A DNA stretch of 64,000 nucleotides, from NCBI GenBank assembly GCA_963662945.1, contig OY759974.1:2272001-2336000 (forward strand), written 5' to 3'. This document shows positions 28,000 to 38,344 of this stretch, piece by piece. The stretch is from Arcobacteraceae bacterium (GTDB taxonomy: Bacteria > Campylobacterota > Campylobacteria > Campylobacterales > Arcobacteraceae). The notes beneath the pieces were generated by a model, which saw nothing but the letters and a program-made list of their open reading frames with translations, was not told the DNA's origin and ran no database searches. The translations under genes and the position numbers were made by a program. Numbering within the stretch: position 1 is the first letter of the stretch; every line of letters starts with the position of its first letter.

Positions 28000-29466
28000 A
28001 TGAGTTGTTCAACAGGAGGATGTGGTACTACTAATGATATGGGATTTGACCCAAATGATCCAGTAGCAGCAGACATCCATGCAAAAATCAACAATCACCC
28101 TTGTTATAGTGAAGGTGCTCATCAGCACTATGCTAGAATCCACGTAGCAGTAGCACCTGCATGTAATATCCAATGTAACTATTGTAACAGAAAATACGAC
28201 TGTTCAAATGAAAGTCGACCAGGAGTTACAAGTGGAAAACTTAGTCCAGAAGAAGCAGTAAAAAAAGTACTTTATATTGGTGGAGAGATTCAACAACTTT
28301 CAGTTGTAGGAATCGCAGGACCAGGTGATGCATTAGCAAATCCACAAAAAACTTTTGATACTTTTAGAATGCTTCAAGAAAAGGCACCAGATTTAAAACT
28401 TTGTTTATCTACAAATGGTCTTAGAATTGCAGATTATATTGATGAGATAGAAAAATATAATGTAGATCATGTTACTGTAACAATTAATACTGTTGATCCA
28501 ACAGGTGAAATAGGTGCACAAATATATCCTTGGGTACACTGGAATCATAAAAAAGTATGGGGTGCTGAAGGTGCTAAACTTCTTTTAGAAAAACAACTTG
28601 AAGGGATTAAAGCATTAACAGATAGAGGAATTTTAGTTAAAGCAAATTCAGTTTTAATTCCAGGTATTAATGATAAAGATTTACCAAATGTTGCTAAAAA
28701 ATTAAAAGAGATGAATGTATTTTTACATAACATTATGCCATTACTTTCTGCACCAGAATTTGGAACTAAATTTGGTTTAGAGGGAGTTCCAAGTGCCACA
28801 GACCAAGAAACTATGGCTGTACAAGAAGCGTGTGGTATGGATATGAAACTTATGAAACACTGTAGACAATGTAGAGCAGATGCTGTTGGACTTATAGGTG
28901 AAGATAGAAGTGATGAGTTTGGAAAAGAGATGTTTGCAGCATTAAGTTTTGAAGAGTTAGAGAAAAAATACAATATAAAAGCCAGAGCTCAAAAACATGA
29001 GATGATAGAAAATTGGAGAACTCATTTAGAAGCTGCTAATGAGAGAATTAAACTAGAACAAGCTACTAAATTAGAACTTAGCTCAACTGGTGAAACAAAA
29101 CTTGTTGCAGTTACAACAGCTGGTGAGGGTATGATTAATATGCACTTTGGTTCAGCACAAGAGTTTTTAGTATATGAGGCAGGTGATAAAGCAATTAAGT
29201 TTGTAATGCATAGAAAATTACAAAGTTCATACTGTTCTGGTCCAGAAAATTGTGATGGAACAAATCCAATAGAAGAGATAAAATACACACTGAAAGATTG
29301 TGATATTTTATTAACTGAAAAAATAGGTGATTGTCCTATGTCTGAATTACAATCAATTAATTTAATTGCAGATGAATCTTATGCAAATATGCCTGTTGAA
29401 AAATCTGTTTTTGAAGCAGTTAAAAAACACTTTTTTACAAATACACATGAGAAAGAACTAGGATAA
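28000..29466 (+). CDS. nifB: Nitrogenase FeMo-cofactor biosynthesis radical SAM protein with C-terminal NifX-like domain
   Basis: HPC, CNIQCNYC, ESRP, AGPG, TINT, CRQCRADA; HFG in the C-terminal domain. Confidence 0.95.
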   Translation: MSCSTGGCGTTNDMGFDPNDPVAADIHAKINNHPCYSEGAHQHYARIHVAVAPACNIQCNYCNRKYDCSNESRPGVTSGKLSPEEAVKKVLYIGGEIQQLSVVGIAGPGDALANPQKTFDTFRMLQEKAPDLKLCLSTNGLRIADYIDEIEKYNVDHVTVTINTVDPTGEIGAQIYPWVHWNHKKVWGAEGAKLLLEKQLEGIKALTDRGILVKANSVLIPGINDKDLPNVAKKLKEMNVFLHNIMPLLSAPEFGTKFGLEGVPSATDQETMAVQEACGMDMKLMKHCRQCRADAVGLIGEDRSDEFGKEMFAALSFEELEKKYNIKARAQKHEMIENWRTHLEAANERIKLEQATKLELSSTGETKLVAVTTAGEGMINMHFGSAQEFLVYEAGDKAIKFVMHRKLQSSYCSGPENCDGTNPIEEIKYTLKDCDILLTEKIGDCPMSELQSINLIADESYANMPVEKSVFEAVKKHFFTNTHEKELG

Positions 29467-29500
29467 TTCCTAGTCTTTTTCATTACTAAACTATAATCTT

Positions 29501-29782
29501 ATGAAAACAAATCCTAAAATAATATTGTTAAAAGGGAATGGACCTATAACTATCAATAGTGAAATGATGGAACTTTTCACAATTACAACTTCTCATGGAA
29601 TGATAGGATTACCTTTAAAATCATTGCATGCTGATAAAGTATATATTGTAGATGATTTAGAGAAATTTTGGAATATTCACAAAATGATTAAAGAAAAACC
29701 TTGTTGTTTTATTTATTCTTATGACAAATTGGAAAAAGATGATTTGGAGAAAATTAAAGCGTTAGAGATGAATTATATTTAA
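29501..29782 (+). CDS. Hypothetical protein (93 aa) downstream of nifB
   Basis: Co-oriented ORF between nifB and a terminator; no recognised motif. Confidence 0.6.
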   Translation: MKTNPKIILLKGNGPITINSEMMELFTITTSHGMIGLPLKSLHADKVYIVDDLEKFWNIHKMIKEKPCCFIYSYDKLEKDDLEKIKALEMNYI

Positions 29783-29811
29783 TTTGAGAAAACAATTTTG
29801 TTTTCTCAAAT
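29782..29811. terminator. Hairpin between convergent genes
   Basis: ATTTGAGAAAACAA-TT-TTGTTTTCTCAAAT perfect 14-bp stem. Confidence 0.7.
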
Positions 29812-29826
29812 AGTTGTAACTTTTAT

Positions 29827-32685
29827 TTAAAAGCTTGACCATTCATCATTAGAACTTTTATCTTCTATAACAGTTTCAAGCTTTGTTGTAGTATTTTTTG
29901 TTTCATGATGAACAGATTTTTTGCTTTTATGTTCTACTTTTTGATGTCTAATATTTTGATGTGCAGGAGCACCCAACTTACAATTTGCAAATTTAAGTTC
30001 GTTAAGAATATCAAATATACTTGATATGTCTTGTTCTACTTGGTTCGAAAATTTTGTTAATTGTTGATTTGTTTCACCTTTAGCATTATGATCTAAATAG
30101 TCTTGTACACTTTGATGATATTTTGCATGAATCTTTTTTAAAGATGACCAAGCTGATGTTTTTGTAAATGGTGTTTGATTACTTTCTTCTATTGCTATCC
30201 ATTTACCAATTTTACATTCAGTTGGTTTTTGAACACTCCATGTTTTCTTTTCATCAAGTGATTTGAAGTAATCTCGTTTAAAAATAACATGGTCAAAAAA
30301 TAAATCATTTAATTCGTACACTAATCCAACATCACAAATTTGACCAATTGTATTTTCATCAAATTTTGCATTCGCAGCTACATCTGTAAGATCATCAGAT
30401 AGTCTTTTAACACCTTTTGCTAACTCAGCAATATCTGTTGCATTTGAAGCATTTTGTTGTGTAGCTTTATCAAGAGTACTTACAGCATCATTGATTTGTA
30501 CGATTCCTAACTCTTGTTCTTTCGATGCAGTTGTGACATTATCTATAATAACTTTAGTATCTGTAATTATAGTATTTAATGATTCATAACCAGTAATCAT
30601 TTTTGTAGCTATATTTCTACCTTCGTTTGCTTTTGTTGTAGCACTTTGAACCATTGCTTTAATCTCATTTGCAGCATCTGCACTTCTAGAAGCTAAGTTT
30701 CTTACCTCTTGTGCAACAACGGCAAATCCTTTACCAGCTTCCCCAGCAGTTGCAGCTTCTACGGCTGCATTAAGTGAGAGAATATTTGTTTGAAATGCAA
30801 TTTGATCAATAACACTAATAGCTTCATTGATAGCAGTTACTTGAGCATCAATTTGTGACATTGATTCAGCAGTTTGATTTGCTAATTCTTGACCTGTAGT
30901 TGCCGAATGTGTTAAATCATTTGCAATTGTAGACATTTTAACAATATTTTCACTATTTGTTTTTATGCTACTTGTTATCTCTTCTAATGCTGCCGCTGTT
31001 TCTTCTAGTGAAGCTGCTTGTGCATTAGCAGCAGTTGAGAGTTCAGTTGAAGAATTTGTTAATGAAACAATATTATTTGCTAGTTCATCACCACTTGTTT
31101 GAATCATAGCAAAAATTTCTGATACATTATTCCCAATAGCTTTTGTTTGAGTAATAACTGTACCGATTTCCCCACTAACATTATCAATTGATAATTTATG
31201 TGAGAAATTTGCTTTACCAAACTGCATTAAAGCTTCATTAATAGTAATAAGTTGCACTTTCATAGTAGAAATCATATTATTTAATACATCTTTTAATTCA
31301 TTAATGTTTTTATTATTAGCTTGACCTTTTACTTGATAAACAAAGAAACCACTACCAACTCTATCCACAACTTCTTTAATCTCATCAATCACAACTTGAT
31401 CTTCTTGGAGCCCTTTTTGTATTGAATCCATATATTGATTAAACAATTCTGAAGCTTTTCCTATCTCATCGTGTGCTGTCACAGATAATCTTGTTGTAAT
31501 ATCATTTGAAGTTAAAAGTTTCTCAAATCCAATTTGTAAACTATGAAGAGGGTTAATTACACTTTTAATGATAGCAAAATAGAGTAATGATAATGCAATA
31601 GTTAACAATATAAGTGTTAGGATAATAAAAGATGCCATTAATGTAGCTACATTATTTGATGCTTCATTTTCCATATTTGCAATCTCTTTTTCTATATCAT
31701 CTACATAAACACCTGTTCCTACTATCCAATTCCATTCTTTAAAATAAGCTACATAAGAAATTTTATTTTGAGGTTTATCAAATCCTGGTTTTGCCCATTG
31801 ATAATCAATGTAACCACTTCCTTTTGTTTGAGCTACTTTTACCATCTCTACAAATAATTGTTTCCCATTAGGATCTTTTAAATTTGCAATATTTGTATTA
31901 TTTAATGAAGGTTTAATAGGATGCATAATCATTTTTGGTTCAGTATCATTTATCCAAAAATAATTATCACCTTCTTTTCCATATCTCATTTTTGCAATAG
32001 TTTTTAAAGCATCTTTTTGCATATTTGCCGTAACATTGTCGACGTATTCACCAGTACCAATAATCCAACCAAATGGTTTAAATGTAAATATATAAGAAAC
32101 TTTATCTTGTGGTTTATCAAAGCCAGGTTGTGGCCATTGATAGTCTACAAAGCCTTTTGAATTATTTTTAGAAAGATTCACCATCTCAATAAAAAACTTT
32201 TTACCATTAGGATCTGTTAAGTTTGATAAATCTTTTCCATCAAGACTTGGTTTAATAGGATGCATAACCATTTGTGCATTCGTATTGTGTATCCAAAAAT
32301 ATCCCGTTTTTCCATATTTACTATTTTTAACTATCTCAATGAGTTCAGACTGTATAGTTTTACTGTTTTTATTTTTAAGATAATATTGTTCTAAAATATT
32401 TTCTAACATTTGTGCTTGAGTAACAAGTTTTTCTTGAACTTCAACTTTTACTTTCTCTTTTGATGTTCTTTCATAAAAAGACTCAATTGTTTTAAGAACA
32501 ATATCTACATTTGATTTTAATTCATCTTGCTTAGCACTAAATGCTTTCTCTTTAAAAAGTGCAACATCTTGTGCCGAAGTTTTTTTGATGTTATATATAC
32601 TGATGCTTACTAAAATCGTAGACATGGTTAATACAATAACTGCTATTGCAACGGTAAGTTTCCATTTGATTGATATATTATTCAT
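29827..32685 (-). CDS. Methyl-accepting chemotaxis protein with tandem Cache_2 domains, HAMP and C-terminal CZB domain
   Basis: Two YFWI...MHPIKP...GTGxYVD repeats; [20 protein letters not shown] ligands DH, CKIGKW, HAKYH; ends EWSSF. Confidence 0.92.
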   Translation of the reverse strand: MNNISIKWKLTVAIAVIVLTMSTILVSISIYNIKKTSAQDVALFKEKAFSAKQDELKSNVDIVLKTIESFYERTSKEKVKVEVQEKLVTQAQMLENILEQYYLKNKNSKTIQSELIEIVKNSKYGKTGYFWIHNTNAQMVMHPIKPSLDGKDLSNLTDPNGKKFFIEMVNLSKNNSKGFVDYQWPQPGFDKPQDKVSYIFTFKPFGWIIGTGEYVDNVTANMQKDALKTIAKMRYGKEGDNYFWINDTEPKMIMHPIKPSLNNTNIANLKDPNGKQLFVEMVKVAQTKGSGYIDYQWAKPGFDKPQNKISYVAYFKEWNWIVGTGVYVDDIEKEIANMENEASNNVATLMASFIILTLILLTIALSLLYFAIIKSVINPLHSLQIGFEKLLTSNDITTRLSVTAHDEIGKASELFNQYMDSIQKGLQEDQVVIDEIKEVVDRVGSGFFVYQVKGQANNKNINELKDVLNNMISTMKVQLITINEALMQFGKANFSHKLSIDNVSGEIGTVITQTKAIGNNVSEIFAMIQTSGDELANNIVSLTNSSTELSTAANAQAASLEETAAALEEITSSIKTNSENIVKMSTIANDLTHSATTGQELANQTAESMSQIDAQVTAINEAISVIDQIAFQTNILSLNAAVEAATAGEAGKGFAVVAQEVRNLASRSADAANEIKAMVQSATTKANEGRNIATKMITGYESLNTIITDTKVIIDNVTTASKEQELGIVQINDAVSTLDKATQQNASNATDIAELAKGVKRLSDDLTDVAANAKFDENTIGQICDVGLVYELNDLFFDHVIFKRDYFKSLDEKKTWSVQKPTECKIGKWIAIEESNQTPFTKTSAWSSLKKIHAKYHQSVQDYLDHNAKGETNQQLTKFSNQVEQDISSIFDILNELKFANCKLGAPAHQNIRHQKVEHKSKKSVHHETKNTTTKLETVIEDKSSNDEWSSF

Positions 32686-32837
32686 AATATAGGCTCTCTT
32701 ATAATTTTTGTTATTATATTTAATATGAATAGCAAATAAATAGCATAAATAGTAAAAATAATAATATTAATAATTTTAAAGGTATAAACTTAAAATAATA
32801 TTTTTAGCTGTATATATGTAAATTTTTGTTTGATGAG

Positions 32838-32853
32838 TGGAATAATTCTTGCA
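32838..32853 (+). promoter_or_regulatory. sigma54 (-24/-12) promoter of the nifV operon
   Basis: TGGAATAATTCTTGCA (GG-N10-GC). Confidence 0.75.
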
Positions 32854-32881
32854 TTATAAATACTATATAAAGGTTAGTATT

Positions 32882-33988
32882 ATGGCAATTATAAATGACA
32901 CAACATTACGAGATGGCGAACAAGCTCCATATGTATCTTTTACACTTGAAGAAAAACTTCAAATTGCACAATTACTCTATGAATCAGGTGCTGATGAACT
33001 TGAAGTTGGGATTCCTGCTATGGGTAGTAAGGAACAAGAAGAGTTAAAAGAGATATTACAATTACAACTTCCAATTCAAATTATGAGTTGGAATAGGGCA
33101 ACTATGGAAGATTTAGAAGCATCGATAAACTGCGGTGTGAAAGCTGTTGATCTTTCTATTCCTGTATCCCAAATACTCATAGATGTTAAATATAAAAGTA
33201 ATATTGACATAATGTTTAAAAACCTTGAAGAGGTTATATTAGCTGCCAAAAGAGAAAATCTTTTCGTCTGTATTGGTGGTGAAGATGCAAGTAGGGCTGA
33301 TAATGAACTCTTAAAAGAGATTATGAGTTTTGGAAAAACTTTAGGTGCTGATCGTTTTAGATATTGTGATACTGTTGGAATTTTAACGCCTCATAAAACT
33401 TATGAAAATATTTCTTATTTAAGTGAGCTTAATTTACTTGATATAGAGATGCATACACACAATGATTTTGGTATGGCAACTGCAAATAGTATTGCAGGTA
33501 TAGAAGCAGGTGCAAAGTCTGCAAATACTACAGTTATTGGTTTAGGAGAAAGAGCTGGAAATGCTTCTTTTGAGCAAGTACTTATGAGTTTAGTGCATCA
33601 ATTTGGTGAAAAGAGAGTTATTAATTCTCAGAAATTAAAAGAATTGGTGAGAAAAGTTTCAAAAGCTGCTAATAGAAAAATAGATAATAATACACCAATC
33701 ATAGGAAAACATATCTTTTCTCATGAATCAGGTATTCATGTAGATGGTATGATAAAAGCTAAAAATGCATATGAAGCTTTTGATCCAAGTGTTGTAGGAT
33801 TAAATAGATATTTTCCAATAGGAAAACATAGTGGTAGTGCGACACTTTTATACCATCTTAAAGCTATAGGAATAGAACCTTCTAAAGAGAAGGTAAAAGC
33901 ACTTTTACCAAAGGTAAGAGAGCTTGTGACAAATAGAAAAAAAGTGTTAAATCCTCAAGAATTAAAAGAGTTATACTTATGTTCATAG
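32882..33988 (+). CDS. nifV: Homocitrate synthase
   Basis: DTTLRDGEQ, LEVGIP, EDASRAD, HTHNDFGMA, HESGIH, GKHSG; no LeuA regulatory domain; nif context. The track's TTG start at 32849 lies inside the promoter. Confidence 0.9.
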   Translation: MAIINDTTLRDGEQAPYVSFTLEEKLQIAQLLYESGADELEVGIPAMGSKEQEELKEILQLQLPIQIMSWNRATMEDLEASINCGVKAVDLSIPVSQILIDVKYKSNIDIMFKNLEEVILAAKRENLFVCIGGEDASRADNELLKEIMSFGKTLGADRFRYCDTVGILTPHKTYENISYLSELNLLDIEMHTHNDFGMATANSIAGIEAGAKSANTTVIGLGERAGNASFEQVLMSLVHQFGEKRVINSQKLKELVRKVSKAANRKIDNNTPIIGKHIFSHESGIHVDGMIKAKNAYEAFDPSVVGLNRYFPIGKHSGSATLLYHLKAIGIEPSKEKVKALLPKVRELVTNRKKVLNPQELKELYLCS

Positions 33989-34797
33989 GCTGGATAAGAA
34001 AAGATACATTTCAAGATGATTTAGAAAAATTATCTACTAATGTGACATTAGATAAAAATCTTGTCTCAAAAACGGTACAAGAAAATCAAAGTTTATCTTT
34101 TGGTGCATATAACAGTGAGAGTGATTTAGAAGCAATTATCACAGCATATAGCTTTAAAAACTCAATACTTATAAATAATCTGTATTATTTGAAAGATATA
34201 GAGTTAGATATTATAAGAAGGTTGTTTACAATACTTTTAAATAATATTGACCAAACAACTTTGCCTGTACTTTTTATGGCAAATCAAATGGAACAATCTT
34301 TTTTAAAAGAATTAGGCTTTAATAAATATGCAAATTTTAAAAAAGCAGTACACAAAGGTGCAGCAGTTGCTTTTAACTTTTCAAATGCAACCTCAAAAAG
34401 TATTAGTAATCCAAATTATATACCAACAGTGACAAAACTTGATGTGGATACTTTTAAAGAAAATAGAGTAGAGTATATATTACATATAGTTGCAAAGCAA
34501 TCTTCACTTATGTTATCAACACAATTTGGGTATCAGCACTCTTATGCACTTAGTAAAGAGATAATAAAAATATCTCCATGGATTATGGTTGATGAAGCAT
34601 TTACAGATGCAGAAAAACTTATGAGAGGAGTCTTATACCATCGTGGTTTAAAAACTATTGTCTCTTTTATACCTTCAAGTGCAAAAGAGATAGTAGAACT
34701 TTACAAATCTTATAAGTTTGAATTTGTAGAAGAGTTTGGTTTAATGTATTTAAATAAAAAACCAAACATTAACTTAGATTCAATCTATGGGTTTTAA
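33979..34797 (+). CDS. Hypothetical protein, possibly a degenerate tandem-GNAT fold
   Basis: Overlaps the nifV stop; weak GNAT-like segments (LKELGF; LYKSYKFE). Confidence 0.6.
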   Translation: MFIGWIRKDTFQDDLEKLSTNVTLDKNLVSKTVQENQSLSFGAYNSESDLEAIITAYSFKNSILINNLYYLKDIELDIIRRLFTILLNNIDQTTLPVLFMANQMEQSFLKELGFNKYANFKKAVHKGAAVAFNFSNATSKSISNPNYIPTVTKLDVDTFKENRVEYILHIVAKQSSLMLSTQFGYQHSYALSKEIIKISPWIMVDEAFTDAEKLMRGVLYHRGLKTIVSFIPSSAKEIVELYKSYKFEFVEEFGLMYLNKKPNINLDSIYGF

Positions 34798-34817
34798 ATT
34801 TAAAAAAGGGGAATAAA

Positions 34818-35024
34818 ATGGGATTAACAGAAGAAGAAAAAGAGATCAAAAAAGAGTTTGCTGGATATAAAAGAAAAGTAACTGAAGTTGCTGGAGAGAT
34901 ACATGATATTGTTGAAGATAGTATATGGACTGATTATGTAAAACTACCAGAATTAAGTGCTAAAATCGGTGTTTTAATGGATGAATTAAATGCCTTTAAA
35001 GCACAACATGACTTTTTAAAATAG
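34818..35024 (+). CDS. CCE_0567/Rop-like nif-associated small protein
   Basis: Helical 68-aa protein with IHDIVED-like motif; GGGG SD; nif context. Confidence 0.65.
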   Translation: MGLTEEEKEIKKEFAGYKRKVTEVAGEIHDIVEDSIWTDYVKLPELSAKIGVLMDELNAFKAQHDFLK

Positions 35025-35033
35025 TGTGTTATT

Positions 35034-35267
35034 ATGGAAGATAAAACTTTAAAAATCATTTGCGAGTGTGGGAATAAAAATGTTGCCCAAGCAGTTGAAA
35101 TATTTAAAGCAACAGATCTTCCATATAAAAAAGCAAAAAAACTAGTAACTGAATGTAATAAAACCTGTTGTAGAAGACCATTAATGGCATTGTATAATAT
35201 GGTTGAATTTGGTAATATAGATTATGAAGAGATTGATTTTTTAATTGATCAGATGAATGAAAGGTAA
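35034..35267 (+). CDS. Small Cys-rich protein, BFD-like [2Fe-2S] candidate
   Basis: ICECG ... CNKTCCR. Confidence 0.6.
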   Translation: MEDKTLKIICECGNKNVAQAVEIFKATDLPYKKAKKLVTECNKTCCRRPLMALYNMVEFGNIDYEEIDFLIDQMNER

Positions 35268-35275
35268 GGTATAAA

Positions 35276-36268
35276 ATGGATAAATCAATGGAAGATTTTA
35301 TAAGATGGTTAAAGTCAAATAGTCTTTGTTCAAATATACCTACAGACAAAGAGCAATTAAAAAATTTATCTATACTTGATTTAAGTAAGAAAAAAATCAG
35401 GGAATTACCAAGTAGTATAGAAGCTTTAGAGAATTTACAAATATTAAAACTTTCTAGTAATCGATTAAAAAAATTACCAAATGAGATAGGAAAACTTAAA
35501 AAACTTAAAAATCTACAATGTGAAAATAATCTTTTGGAAGAGTTGCCTACAACTATTGGAGATTTGAGTTCATTATTGGTTTTAAATATCAATGGAAATA
35601 AGATAAAAAATTTACCAGAAGAGTTTTATGAACTTAAAAAGCTTACAAGGCTTACTATTGCTGCAAATTCTTTAGAATATTTATCTCCAAAGTTAGCAAA
35701 TTTGAGTAAACTTTTATATCTTTCATTAGATACAAATTGTTTGAAAGAGTTACCAGATGTATTTAATACGATGAATTCTTTATATTATTTAGATATTTCA
35801 TATAACGAATTTAAAGTTTTACCAGACTCTATTGGAGATATAGATGAACTTGAAACATTACTATTAGAGGGAAATGAGATTGAAAATTTACCATCTTTAG
35901 AATCTCATGATATGTTAATGAGGTTAAATCTTAATGATAATAATATCAATGAACTCAATTTTGATATAAGTAGCTTAGAAGATTTACAAATATTAACTCT
36001 AGACAATAATAATTTAAAATACCTTCCAGATAACATATGTAAATTAAAACATCTTAATCACTTAAGTGTTTCAGCAAATCAGTTACAAGAGTTACCAGAG
36101 TGTATTGGTGAATTAGAAAATCTTTTAGAATTAGATATTGAAGAAAATGAAATTAGTGTTTTACCTTCAAGTTTTGAGAATCTAAAAAAACTAAAAAATC
36201 TTTATATAGATAATAATAAAAATTTAGAAAGACCTCAGTTAGATTCTTTAGAGTTTTGTGATATATAA
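35276..36268 (+). CDS. Leucine-rich repeat protein
   Basis: About 12 repeats of ~23 aa, LxxLxLxxNxLxxLPxxIxxL. Confidence 0.92.
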   Translation: MDKSMEDFIRWLKSNSLCSNIPTDKEQLKNLSILDLSKKKIRELPSSIEALENLQILKLSSNRLKKLPNEIGKLKKLKNLQCENNLLEELPTTIGDLSSLLVLNINGNKIKNLPEEFYELKKLTRLTIAANSLEYLSPKLANLSKLLYLSLDTNCLKELPDVFNTMNSLYYLDISYNEFKVLPDSIGDIDELETLLLEGNEIENLPSLESHDMLMRLNLNDNNINELNFDISSLEDLQILTLDNNNLKYLPDNICKLKHLNHLSVSANQLQELPECIGELENLLELDIEENEISVLPSSFENLKKLKNLYIDNNKNLERPQLDSLEFCDI

Positions 36269-36286
36269 GATTTAAGTGGGAAGTTA

Positions 36287-38332
36287 TTAAAAACTTGCCC
36301 ACTCATCGTCATCACTGGAGTTAGATACTACAGGTTTTATTGTTTTATCTATATTTACTTTTGTAGTAGGTGTTTTTTCATTAGAGTGTGGTGAAGGGAT
36401 TTTTTCTGTAGGTATACTTTTTGGATTATTAGTAGCATTTATAGTTTTTGCTCTTACCGTATCTTTACCTACAAACTCTTTTTCATTTGCACTTTGTACT
36501 GCTTGTTGAGCGATGCCATCTGTTTGCAGTGCTATCTCATTTGTTTGTGATGCAATATTAGCATTTTGTTGTGTTTGTTTATCAAGTGAGTTAACTGCAT
36601 CATTAATTTGAACTATACCATTCTTTTGTTCTTTTGAAGCAGTTTCTACATCTCTTATTAGTTGTATGGTTTGAGAGATATTATTATTGAGGTGTTCATA
36701 TCCCTTAATCATACTATCAGATATTTTTTTACCTTCAGTTGCTTTATTAGCTGCATTTTCTACTAAGGTTTTTATCTCATTAGCAGCATCAGCACTTCTA
36801 CCTGCTAGATTTCTCACTTCTTGTGCAACAACAGCAAAACCTTTTCCTGCTTCACCAGCTGTTGCTGCTTCTACTGCTGCATTTAAAGAAAGTATATTTG
36901 TTTGGAATGCAATTTGATCAATAATTGTTATCGCTTCATTTATTGAAGTTACTTCATTATTAATCTCATCCATAGCAGAAGTTGTTTGATTTGCAAGGTT
37001 TTGACCAGCTTCAACTGATGTTGTAACTTCATTTGCAAGATTTGCCATTTGAATAATACTATTTGTTGTACTTGAAATATTACTTGTTAACTCTTCAAGT
37101 GCAGCGGCTGTTTCTTCAAGTGCCGCTGCTGCTTGATTTGAGTTTGTATTAAGATTTTTTACATTCTCTAATAGTTTTTGAGAACTATTTTGAAGGGTAA
37201 GTCCACTTGTTTTATTTTCAACCAACATTTCTGTTATAGCATTTCTAAGTTTGTTAATATCAATTAATAATAGTTCAAAAACGCCTCCTTTTTCAATACC
37301 TTCAATAGAAAGAGAATTTCTATAATCTAAATGTGCATATTGTTCAAGTATTAAATTAATATTTGTAAAATGTTTTTTTGTTTCACTTATCATCTCATTA
37401 ACATTATTTTTGAATTCATTTAAAGAAGTATTTGAAGTTGAAGATTTAATGTGCTCTGAATACCATCCATGTTTTACTCTATTAATAACACTTTTTGCTT
37501 CCTCTATAAGTTTATTATCCTGATCAATTTCAGTTTGTAAAGTATTGATATTTTGATTAATGATTTTAGCCATTTGACCAATCTCATCATTTGCACTATC
37601 ATCTAAAAGTTCGGTACTTGATTGTTTTCGATTAAGATAATTAAAAAATGATAATAAACCATTTTGTAAGGCATTGACAGAGTTAACTATTCTATCACTT
37701 AATAATTTGAAAATAAGTCCTAAGAATAGAATAAGTGCTATACCAAATATTAGTATTTCCATCTCTACTGTATCTATAGAGTTTTCAATATTTTTTCCTA
37801 GTAGGTTATTTTCATTTCTATGCTCTTTTATCCATATTTCCAATGCATTAGAAAGTTTTTCTGCAAATGGATCTAATTGTAACATCATTGTATTACCAGC
37901 ATCAGTTCCTTCATGAATATAACTATTAGCCATTTTGATACCTATGTTATAATAGTTTGAAAAATTATCTTTAAAATCTTCCAATTCTTTTACCATCTTA
38001 GGCTCATTATATTTTTTATGCTCTCTAATAAGGTAATCTAATATTTTATTTCCATCTTCATAATATTTTTTAGCTTCAACAAATCCATCATCAAAACCCT
38101 CTTTGGCTTTTGTAGCAGAGATATCTGTAAGCCATTGTTGTACTTGTATCACATCAAGCTTAAGATATAAAAAATTGAATGCATGAGGTAATACTTCTTC
38201 TTCTTTGTCTTTAATTGCATTTTTTATATGAGCAATTTGTGAATAGTTTATAAAAACATTTACTATATTTAACAATATAACAATAGTACTAATACTTATG
38301 AGAACTTTTCTGATGGAGATATTTTTTAGCAT
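36287..38332 (-). CDS. Methyl-accepting chemotaxis protein (helical-bundle sensor)
   Basis: Two [12 protein letters not shown] sensor motif, [17 protein letters not shown]; ends EWASF. Confidence 0.92.
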   Translation of the reverse strand: MLKNISIRKVLISISTIVILLNIVNVFINYSQIAHIKNAIKDKEEEVLPHAFNFLYLKLDVIQVQQWLTDISATKAKEGFDDGFVEAKKYYEDGNKILDYLIREHKKYNEPKMVKELEDFKDNFSNYYNIGIKMANSYIHEGTDAGNTMMLQLDPFAEKLSNALEIWIKEHRNENNLLGKNIENSIDTVEMEILIFGIALILFLGLIFKLLSDRIVNSVNALQNGLLSFFNYLNRKQSSTELLDDSANDEIGQMAKIINQNINTLQTEIDQDNKLIEEAKSVINRVKHGWYSEHIKSSTSNTSLNEFKNNVNEMISETKKHFTNINLILEQYAHLDYRNSLSIEGIEKGGVFELLLIDINKLRNAITEMLVENKTSGLTLQNSSQKLLENVKNLNTNSNQAAAALEETAAALEELTSNISSTTNSIIQMANLANEVTTSVEAGQNLANQTTSAMDEINNEVTSINEAITIIDQIAFQTNILSLNAAVEAATAGEAGKGFAVVAQEVRNLAGRSADAANEIKTLVENAANKATEGKKISDSMIKGYEHLNNNISQTIQLIRDVETASKEQKNGIVQINDAVNSLDKQTQQNANIASQTNEIALQTDGIAQQAVQSANEKEFVGKDTVRAKTINATNNPKSIPTEKIPSPHSNEKTPTTKVNIDKTIKPVVSNSSDDDEWASF

Positions 38333-38344
38333 ATTTTCCCTTTT

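Noticed and set aside
32730-32760. Short direct repeats TAGCAAATAAA / TAGCATAAA / TAGTAAAAA in the MCP-nifV spacer
   Set aside because: Irregular period in very AT-rich DNA; cannot be separated from chance.
30600-37140. DNA similarity between the two MCP genes as a repeat or mobile element
   Set aside because: Explained by the conserved MCP signalling domain.
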